From Anthoceros angustus (Eukaryota > Plantae > Anthocerotophyta), in contig VJWM01000134.1 in assembly GCA_010909165.1 (NCBI GenBank), positions 434,001-498,000 of the forward strand: a stretch of 64,000 nucleotides of DNA. Direction: 5' to 3'. The translations under genes were made by a program, and so were the position numbers. The notes under the pieces were generated by a model. The model had not been told where the DNA came from, did no database searches, and saw only the letters and a program-made list of their open reading frames with translations. Each line of letters starts with the position of its first letter. Position 1 is the stretch's first letter. Below are positions 1 through 9,601 of the stretch, piece after piece.

Positions 1-456
1 TACGTTCTCGTTCCTCCACAGTAGGCTCCTCCCATCGTTGAGTACGAGCATCCAACAACAGCCCATTACATTACGATCGCATAAGAACCGGAAAAGCGGC
101 CGGTGTGGGTAGAGTGCGGCGGCATGCGGTGATTAGTTGGAAACCATGGAGACTTCTCCACAGCCTTCACAGGATGCGGACTATGATATGGTTCCAAAAC
201 ATCTTGCAACCGGAGCTGATCATCACGGCTCTTTGAAGTGCCAATTGCAAAATTGTGCATGGAGCCCAATTGGTCCAATAGCGTGGCGGTGGGCAAAGCT
301 ACCGACTGCGACATCCATGACAAAAGCGGAGATCCCACCACATGTTGGATCAGCGTGGCATCGACAAACAAGTGCGGCCGAGGATCTAAATGTGCGGAGT
401 ATTCTCGAGCACATACACCATATGAGGGTGCACTGAAGCCAATGCAAAATCGGCGT
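1..456 (-). repeat. Second, partial copy of the DNMT segment (direct repeat of ~1017-1467; period ~1.02 kb)
   Basis: 1-456 aligns by eye to 1017-1467 with scattered substitutions and 1-3 bp indels. The junction interrupts the RT start at ~455. Confidence 0.9.
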
Positions 457-914
457 GGATGGCGAATCAACCCGGCTTCATGTAACTCCTTACAACGTCG
501 TCCACGATCTCCCACTCGGCGGGGCTAAGGCGGTACGGCGCTGTCGCCGGCTCATTAGTGGTCGGTGAACACGGAACTGCATCACATTACAAGTGCCCAA
601 CTCCTTCATAGAAGGCAAAACAATCTCGGTACTTAGAGTCACTTAACTGCCTCGATCTTACATCAAGCGAGACCCCATATTCCGAAACATATCGAGGCTC
701 AAGCTGCTGCGGTGATGATAAACGGTCTCCGAATCCAAAGAATTGCTCGACCACAAGCCGAATGATGGACACGAAAGCTATTGACTCCCCGGCATCCAGT
801 ATAAGAGAGATCTTTGGAATCGGAAAGGGCAAGTGAGCGACATCTGGATGACATGCTCCACCTGAAATAAACCCACAAAAGCGGAGCACGCGACAAGATT
901 TGAAACACTAAACA

Positions 915-1800
915 AATGGTAACGAGCCAGGTAAGCACATGTAAATCCATAGCACGCCCGAGAGCAGCAATCCGTGACGAGTCGCCAATGGTACAGCATG
1001 AGTATCAAACCCCATGATACGTTCTCGTTCTTCCACAGGAGGCTCCTCCCATCGTTGAGTACGAACATTCAACAACAGCCCATTGCCACGATACGCGCAT
1101 AAGAACCGGAAAAGCGGCGGTGTGGGTAGAGTGCGGCGGCATGCGGTGATTAGTTGGAAACCACGGAGACTTCTCCACGGCCTTCACCGGACGCGGACTA
1201 TGATATGGTTCCAAAACATCTTGGCCGGGCTGATCATCACGTATGTCTGAAGTGCCAATTGCAAAATTGTGCATGGAGCCCAATTGGTCCAATAGGCGTA
1301 AGCGGTGGGCAAAGCTACCGACTGCGCGGCATCCATGACAAACGGAGATCCCACCACATGTTGGATCAAGCGTAGCATCGACAAACAAGTGCGGCCGAGG
1401 ATCTAAATGTGCGGAGTATTCTCGAGCACATACACCATATGAGGGTGCACTGAAGCCAATGCAAAATACGAGCCAACGACAAAAGCGATCCGCTCGTGGA
1501 TCACGCAAACCCGCACCTTGGCCAGCACGGAAAACCCGACACTCCCATCCGATCACCGGATCAGCGGGCAAAGCACGGATGTGAGATTGGTGAATGTCCG
1601 ACATCTTGAGGTAAAGCGTTGAGCGTAGTCACCCGTCGATCGAAACAAACTAGCATGGCGAGAATGTAAGCTGCGCAAGCGATGCCCGACAATGTTGACG
1701 GCCGGACAATTGTCCGCGTAATGCATTATTGGCAGCGCGTGGCGTAATAGAGCCTCCAAGCGATTACAAACCCCAAATAATTCCAATACCACATAACCGC
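915..1800 (-). pseudogene. DNMT3-like C5 cytosine DNA methyltransferase domain embedded in retrotransposon pol (frameshifted)
   Basis: Motif I VVLELFG (~1772-1790); motif III LPQDV; motif IV IGWEC..RAGQGAGLRDPR (Cys ~1539-1541); motif VI YVLENT (~1417-1433); motif VIII MDAA.VGSFAHRLRL.WTN (~1280-1335); motif IX EEPPVEERERIMGF (~1006-1047); motif X LGRAMDLHVLTWL (~925-963). Order and spacing match DNMT3 (DAKEVSAAHRARYFWGN, EMERVFGF, LLGRSW). Confidence 0.85.
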
Positions 1801-2241
1801 GTACATGGGCCAAATAATGGTATGTTGATTCAAAGGTGGAAACAGCGTGGGCAGACTCAAGAAACGGCTTTGTCCCGGCCTCAATCCCGGCCGCATGAAA
1901 TTGCTGTAAAGCATACTCCACATCTTGCAGGCGGCATTCCATCTTGCTGACTCAACAACGGGGCACTCGCATCAGGGGCAATAGTATCCACATCATCAGA
2001 ACAACAGGTGGCATCATCCTCTGTAAAAATCCAAGAGATGTGATGATCATCCTGAGGTAACAAAGGATAACGTAACGCCGGACATGCTTGGCGGTCGACT
2101 AATGCAACGTCACCGGCAGCTAGCGATGATGTAAGTCAAAGGAATGTAGGCTAACGCCGACCACCCGCCAATCCGGACGATAATATGCTCCGTCCGGTTG
2201 TCAATCCCAACTCGGTGAGCGAAATTCACTTAGCGAGGATG

Positions 2242-2856
2242 TCATAGTTGGTGGCGGTGATACCAAAGCAGGCAAGTCCGGTGAACAACATCGTTAGTAC
2301 CAGGTTTCAAGACGATAGAAACTGGACACACTGTCTCGCCTTGAACTGGCTCGATGGCCCCTGTGGCGGTACGAATACTCCACGACGGGCTCTTGAGAGC
2401 ATCCCCCACCAGTCGTAACCGTGCCGCCAAGGCTTGACCGATGATAACAGGTTGTGCTCCAGTGTCCAAGAGCACCACCCGTGGTGCTACTCCATTGACA
2501 GTAACACAACCTGCCTGATTGTCAACCACGGCATGGTTGATAGGCACCTGCATCCGCTGAGTAGGCTGGATCATGGGATGACCATGCGAGGCTCGAGCCA
2601 ATTGTGACATCAGCACCTCCTTGCCAGCAGTCAGCTGCTCAAGCCAAGCCCCTTGACCAATTGTAGCCGCCCCTGGCCGTATAGAAGCCGACTCCTCGGG
2701 TGGTACCGCGCTCGAGGACGGCCCCGTCCGAGCAACCAAGGACTGCGCTAGCGTGGCAGCATATTGATCGCCAACATCCAGATCCGCTAAGGTGAACAAA
2801 GGAGCCCGTGCAATCTTCTGTACCAACTCGAAGTTGACCATGCACGGCGGGAACAC
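2242..2856 (-). pseudogene. Retropepsin aspartic protease domain of pol
   Basis: VTVNGVAPRVVLLDTGAQPVIIG catalytic DTG motif, followed by a SIRTATG flap-like segment. Confidence 0.88.
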
Positions 2857-2999
2857 GAATGGTTCCTACCAACCCTATGATGATTGTGGTGGCTCCAAAG
2901 CCTCCATCAAATGATCGCACCACGTAGAGGAATGGAAGTTCACGGTGACAATGGCACAAAGGACTTGGGCATATGACTGGGCGATTGGTGCGAGCAACG

Positions 3000-4400
3000 C
3001 GTGTTACATAAGCACACACTGCGGATCGTACATCATGCCCAGCCATGTTGCGGGCACATCCTCTTCCTCCACATCCACCTTATGAACCGTACATGCACGA
3101 TAGGGATCTCCATAATCCTCACCTTGACACCACGGTGAAGACACGGCCAGCCACACCGGAGGTTTAGTCGTCAGCGAGGCGGTCAACATATGGCGAGTAG
3201 TCGGTGGGCGACGGAGACTCCAAAGCCGTCATCTTCTCGAGATACGCAGCCACCTTGTGTTTGCCCTTATCCGCTTGACTTGCTCTTAGTGAGACACCCC
3301 CATGCTTGGGCTGCGAGGTCAAGGCTCCGATGGCTAACTGCGGTGTGGGAGTTTCTCCTTCACTGCTCCCCGATGCGTTCAGGAACCATACCGTAACAAC
3401 ATGACCCGTCTTGTGGCAATGTGTACAATATAATGCTTCCACCGCACATTTGCAAGCTGGTGACAAATGATCGATCAGCGATTACACATAGTGTGGGTAT
3501 TGACGAGATAGCGGTGACCACCTTAGCCATCTTAACCTGTCCAGGCTTAAGCACACCAGCAGAGCTGATAGGAGCTGCACCTTCAGAAGATACACCCTTC
3601 CCAGCAAACATGGTCTGATAATGAGCATACGACTTAGTGTGCTTATAAGCATAATGACGCCAACTCCTTGGATTACGCCTCTGGAAGACGATCTAGAGTG
3701 TATTGATCTCCATATTTGTCCTGGCGAGGTAAGCGTGAAAATGAAACAATGGTTAGTCTCGAGCGACCCGAGCTTTTGTCTTTGCCTCTTGATCGATCAA
3801 CATACGATTGCCATCCACGAGCTTTTGCGGCAATACCATTTACCTTTGTCTCTCTCCCGTCGTTTAGCGACAAGTTCGACTATCTTCTCGGGGTTTTAAA
3901 TGGAAAAGCCTTCTCCAATATAGTGAAAAACTCCTCTGAGTTGGCAAACTTGGGTACAACAACGTGCTCATCAATCCGGCGATGGCAGCCCTCTCTTGGT
4001 ATCATTCACTGTAGGCCTTACGTGGCCTTCCTGCTGCAACTTTGAGCTTGATGATGAGCCATTCTTTCTTTGCATGTGTGTTATGCAGCGCCCTATAAGC
4101 GGATTGGGAGAAAGCCGATTGCCGACAAATCGGGTATGTGCTTCATACAAATCCAACGCCTCGTCACTCATATATCCGGAAGTTGTTCAAACATATCTTG
4201 ATGAGAATATGCGGACCATGCTTAAACTTCACCGGGTAAGGAAATTGAAAAACATTACGAAATCTCTCAGCGTTTGAGTCGGGCACACTGAAAATTTATC
4301 GACCCTAAGCGATCAAGCTACGCCATCTCTTACGAACCACTCGAATCTTGGCCTCTTCAGCGGCGAATCGTCCTCGGTGATCACCAGCGTTTACAATACC
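3000..4400 (-). pseudogene. gag (frameshifted) with CCHC-type zinc knuckle
   Basis: ORF 3164-3466 contains LYCTHCHKTGHV; gag-like MSDEALDLYE in ORF 3971-4171; lies between the LTR and the protease. Boundaries approximate. Confidence 0.65.
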
Positions 4401-4709
4401 CGACAAGGGTGACCAGCTAACCAATTGTTGACGGCGCACGCGTACGACCTCCCCTCCTTTGTCAAATCGCTCCTGGTTCAAGTTACATAAACTCCACCGT
4501 CTCGGGTAACCCCTCTTGACGGGTAACCTGCGGATGACGAGGAACCACTCGCGATCTCAAGCAATAGCGTGGCTCTTCATCCTCCTCGGTGACATGCATT
4601 ACCCAGCAGACATGTCACGAGAACCACGCGAGCATGAGTGAAAACCTCCTACCTACGCTAACCAATGTCAGTAGCGGTGATGCTTCTCACGACCAACGCA
4701 GAAGCAAAT

Positions 4710-5292
4710 TGTCATACCTCCCCCCTCCTTCCACCGAGAAGCCAAAATGCAAAGACTCCGCTTCCCAGCTGAAGCAGTTGTGAGAGTAGAGGTTCGAGCT
4801 AAATGCGTCAGCATCCGCTCAAGTTGAGTGGAGAGTTCCCTAGTCCACAAAAAAACGCGCATCATCAACGTGCAGAATGTGGGCTCATGCTCACTCGATC
4901 ATGCAACCTATTGTTCCAACCGGATGAATTGCATAGAAAAGAATGACAATCGTGAGCCATTGCTCGGCCGATGCTCAGCGACCGCTTTCCATTCTGAGAC
5001 TCTCTGACTCGGCTACCAACACAGGACCTCTTAAGCTCGTCCCCGTCTCATCCGTCTCCATCTCGTGCCAACTGCCTGATTCGCTCCCGCTCCCGCCATC
5101 ACTTCTCGGTAACTTTGTTCGCATCATCATTCATGCGGATTCTCAACCAAAAGCCTAAATCTCGGCGCCCTATTCACATAGGCACCGGCACACCATTGAC
5201 CTAATCGTGTTTTCTGTTACCACGCATTTATACCCACATGCGCGAATTAACCTAGAACCGCTTATGTTAGCCCTACATATCGCAGCATGACA
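4710..5292 (-). repeat. Candidate 5' LTR (~583 bp) of the DNMT-bearing retroelement
   Basis: Perfect 6-bp inverted termini TGTCAT (4710-4715) and ATGACA (5287-5292), directly upstream of gag. Sequence character changes abruptly after 5292. No matching TSD, as expected when the partner LTR lies outside the window. Confidence 0.6.
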
Positions 5293-5399
5293 GGCGTGAG
5301 TGCTGTTTAAATACTCCAGAGTTAGGGTTCCATATGCTTCGAGGAGTCTGTGTGCGTGGCAGGTTTTTATTGGCCAGCAGGTTCGTTTTACGCCCTGCC

Positions 5400-6720
5400 G
5401 TTAAGAGGTTCGGAAAGTAGGTTAGGTGTTGCATGGCTAGGTTTGGAACAAGGTGACTAGGTTTGGTTGAGGTGGGCGCCGGCGGCAGACGAATGGCGAT
5501 CCTAGCTTGGTTTGGTGCCCGGCTCGGTAGTTTAGGTTTGGTATTTTCAAATCTGGTTTGGTAGAGAGAGAGTCGCGGCGCCGACAGAGTGAGAAGGGTT
5601 AGGGTTTGGTGGCCTATATAAACGGGTTCACCAAATGCCGAAGTCTTTTTGCTGTTGTGTTGTCGAGGGCCGAGGAACTTCTAGCTGCGTCTCTCCTCCC
5701 TTCGCTTTTGGCCTTTTCCTTTGTCCGAATGCCAAGGTCTTTTTAGAGTTCCAAGTTTTCATTCTGGCTTTTGTCCGAGGGCCAAGGCGTTTGCTTCCTC
5801 AGTTTTTGCAGTCCGAAGGCGAAGGTGCTTTGTGGTCTACGCTATCAAGGCGCTTCTTGAAAGGTCTAGACCTGCTGGTAGCACTTGTCCTGTTTTCAGT
5901 TCCCTTTTGCGTTGTATGTCTGCGCAGCCTCGTCGTTCTTTGTCTGCACCCCATCTTGTTCTGTTTGCATGTGGTTTATGGTGGTTTTGTTTCGTTTTTT
6001 TAGCTCGATCTGGACACTCTTGTATTGTCGGTCAGTCGTTTTTATTGTACAGTTCTTTGTTGTGCTTTTCGGCCGAGGTTAAAGCTCCGTTTTCTTGATT
6101 CTGTTGTTGGCCTCTCTCTTCCTTTGTCCTTACGCTCTTATGTTTTTTTGTCCGAAGGCCAAGGTCTTTTTAGTGTTTCAAGGTTTTTCATTCTGGCTTT
6201 GTCCGAAGGCCAAGGGGTTTGCTCCCTCAGTTGTTGCGTTTCGAAGGCCAAGGTGCCTTGTCGTCAGCGCTATCAAGGCGCTTCTTTAAAGGTCTTGACT
6301 TGTTTTAGTACTTGTTCTGTTCTCACTTTCCTTCTGTTTGTCTGCGCAACCTCGTCGTTCTTTGTCTGCTTAGTGCCGTCTATTCTTTTTGGTGTTTTTT
6401 GGTTCTGTTTCGTTTTGGTAGGTTGACCTGGACACTTCTTTTTGTGGTAAGTGGTTGCGTTTTTGTTGGCGCTCTAGTCTAGCCTTTTGCTTTTCGTTTT
6501 TATGTTCTTCCTTATTCCCGTTTTCTGTTGTGATCCACAGTCAATGAGGCATACATCTGTGATTTTGTGTCTGTGTCTTTACAAATGTAGGCTTAGGTTG
6601 TTGTCCGAAGGCCAAGGTCTATTCGCGTTCCGAATAATTAGGATATTTTGTTCTTCGTTTCTTGTTCGAGGGGCAAGGGGTTGCTTCCAAAGTTGTTTCG
6701 GGTCGAAGGGCTAGGAGCCT
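5400..6720 (+). promoter_or_regulatory. Repeat-rich promoter/5'-leader module: GGTTTGG repeats, TATATAAA (5615-5622), GAAGGCCAAGG array, internal ~425-bp duplication
   Basis: Clear sequence homology to 28080-28640; 5690-6100 is repeated at 6110-6500; downstream sequence is strongly T-rich on +. Confidence 0.6.
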
Positions 6721-7674
6721 TGGCGGGGTGTCACGGCCTTTAGGGTAGACCTGTTTGTTTGTTGGTGTGTTTTGAAGGTTCCGTTTGTGTTTATTGTCGT
6801 TTTGCCTAGTCTCGTCCGTTTCTCTTTCTCTTTGTCTTATTTTTTGTAGCTCATAGCCACTACCATGTTGTTCTAACGGTGAGCTCAGTTTTGTTTGCGC
6901 TTTGTTTAAACCTGTGTTTTCGTGTCAGTCTTGTCTTTCAGTGCTTGTTTCTTGTGGTCTTTTGGCCTCGAATGCTTAATTTTTGTGCTGTTACGCTTCA
7001 CCGTTGTGTCTCGTTTTTTTGAAAACGTTCAAGACTCACTCGTGAAGTGCCTCCTCAGTTGACAGGAGTAATATCTAGTCGTCGGGTTTGTCCTGTGTCT
7101 CATCTGTCCCTGTTTTGATTTTCTTTGTATCTTGCTATGTTGTCTGAAGTTGATCATGCAGTTGTCTTTGGTCTACTTGTGATTGTCTTCATCTAGCTTA
7201 TGTGTTTGCTTGGTCTTATCTTTTATCTCCATTGCAGCTGTTTTCCTTATTGCTGAGTAATAACACTTGTGGACATGCTAGGTAGCCTCATTCCTTATGC
7301 CCGAGCAACTCTGCCGACCTTTTATATGGCAGTTTCAAAGTGACGCTATGGTCCATGCTTTGGCTGGTCATTTAAAATGACCATATTTGTGAAATTGCTA
7401 AACTGCACATGAAACCCGAAATGAATGAAACCCTAAACAGGTTCAAGATACCTAACCCGCTCCCTCCCCATGGATGTCGGCTGGCTGGCCAGTGTCGTCT
7501 CTAATGGGCGCCGGCACGCCATCTCCTCGTTCGCTCGCTCCCTATGGACGCCGGCCAGCCTTTCCCATGGGCGCTTGTATATAGAGTCTTAATTTGACAT
7601 TTCCGACGTGTAATGACATGAACAAGTAGTCAAGTGGTGGTTGTTTTGTTTAGAAACTCTAAGTCTTGGGTTTG

Positions 7675-8037
7675 AGCCCTGTATTCTTAAGTACTTTGCG
7701 TTTTTGGAAGGGCTGTCTTTGTTTTGTTTGGGCCCTGTATTCTTAAAATGAGAGTGTCAAAATTTTAAATTGGGTCCAGCAGGGCCTTGTATTCTTAGAA
7801 TGAGAGTGTCAAAATTTCAAATCGGGTCTAGCAGTAAACCTGTTTCAGGAGAGCCACTCTTCTCCACATTCACTTGGTAAACTCACTCAATTCACACTTC
7901 TCCGTCTTCGTTTGAGCCCTGTATTCTTAGAATGAGAGTATTAAAATTTTAAATCGGGTCCAGCAGTAAACCTATTTCAGGAGAGCCACTCTTCTCCACA
8001 TTCATTTGGTAAACTCAGTCAATTCATACTTCTCCGC
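7675..8037. repeat. Local tandem repeats: ~130-bp unit x2 plus partial copies beginning CCCTGTATTCTTA
   Basis: 7786-7905 and 7915-8037 are near identical; partial units start at ~7675 and ~7734. Confidence 0.85.
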
Positions 8038-9601
8038 TAGATCCTGTAGGGAACCTCCCTTCTTCACAATTGATCATAGGAGCAATAATCGGCTTAGTTT
8101 AAGAGCTCATGGATTCACCATATGAGATCCTGTTGATGTTGAGTAGTAAAATAGTGCAAATATTTTTTGGAAAGCACTTTTAGAAAATGAACATGATGAA
8201 CTATGCATTATTACTCAGGTTTCTCAATGTGAATCTTCCTACTGTGACTATACAAGTTCATTGAGCATGAAATGGTAAATACGAGACATATACGAATTGT
8301 AAGAGTTATACTGCCAAAAAAGACATGAACTAAACTAAAAGTTGATCTCACATTTTATAGTATCGCACGTGGAAACCAGCCCGACCCATTCACACACCTT
8401 GTGTGAAGAAGAGATGTAGGCACAAAAAAGTGCTCACGTAAAAGATGAAAGGAATTATCTCGAAGACAATGATGATGATGTTTTATGACCATACGGTAGC
8501 CAACATCTCTAAGTACAGTGTATACACAATGGAAAAACGGAGGTATGTGGCAAATTTATAAGAGAGCGTGATTTCGATATAGGGCCAATATGTTCCTAAA
8601 TGTGGATATGAAGTGAGAAAATTGACTACCTGCCTCGTATTGTAATAAAAAATAAATTTTATAAAAATATTTATAGTAATTATAATTTATTATTATTTAG
8701 ATAGGTAGTTCACAGTTCGCTTTGTTGTCTAGGATGTGAAAGGCTCATGAGTCCCAGCCGAGGAGAAAATGCACGGAAGAGCTCCCTCTTGTGAAAAAAC
8801 TTCGGCCTTCGGAACAACATCTAGCCTTGTTCTAGGAGAGTTTTATTTGTGAAGGAGCGATGGTGGGAGGGAGTGATAGCGAGGGGATGTAGGAGGGTGC
8901 AGGAAGCGGATGCAGGAGGGAGCGATGGCGAATGTGGGAGTAGGTGAATAATATTATTGGTACCAAAATATGAATGATCATCTAATATGGGTTCATGTAG
9001 ATGAAAAAATTGAAGTGGAAGTTTGGAAGTATTGAAATTCTTGCAGATGTATTATGGCCACGCTCTTTGCACCTTTCTATGAGTCTATTTTTCCTCCTTT
9101 CCTCATTAGTAGCTACATTTGATATGCCTACCATTCACATCCAGAGCTAGTTGTTTTTGTCTTTTATTTAGAATCAAGGCTTATGGTAAAGCATACTACA
9201 TCTGCACCTACGGAATGGGACTCCTTGTTTTCATATGCTCGCTCTGCCGATGAGGTTGGCCCCGGACTTCAAACGCGGGAACGCAACATTTCAGCTCCGG
9301 TAGTGAGTGGGCCCTTCCTTATTCCTTCCTGGCCTGGGACTCTCGAGACGATTGTTGCTGGAGGTCCAAGATCATGTTTCCACATGCCGATGGCTCCGTA
9401 ACGAAGTTGATGGTTGTTGCAGCTGGATTGCAGGTATGTTGCGGGGTTCATGCGGGGAAATGAGCAAGCTCACGTCCATCTGGTGCATCCAGCAGGTGGG
9501 CAGGCGTGGCTGGGCTCACACCTTGCATTTTGATCATGGGTGAGAGTGCAGTTTTGGGGCACGGGCCCCGTGTCTGAACACAAAGGAGGTTGGGGTCTTT
9601 G

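Larger units (their letters stand above)
1..5292 (-). mobile_element. Ty3/gypsy-type LTR retrotransposon (5' part) with domain order LTR-gag-protease-DNMT-RT; frameshifted and running off the window start
   Basis: On the minus strand, in order: LTR candidate 4710-5292; gag with zinc knuckle (CTHCHKTGH, ~3400-3430); aspartic protease (VLLDTGAQPVII); C5-methyltransferase motifs at 915-1800; gypsy RT N-terminus (APYRLSPAEWEIVD..CKELHEAGLIR, ~460-545). Confidence 0.88.

Noticed and set aside
5635-6714. Phe/Leu/Val-rich 'membrane protein' ORFs (also 30231-31039)
   Set aside because: Products of extreme T-richness in non-coding leader or intron sequence; overlapping frames, mostly non-ATG starts.
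8100-8620. Possible decayed PLATZ or other zinc-binding ORF in an AT-rich patch
   Set aside because: Only scattered Cys/His and many stops; no consistent motif spacing.
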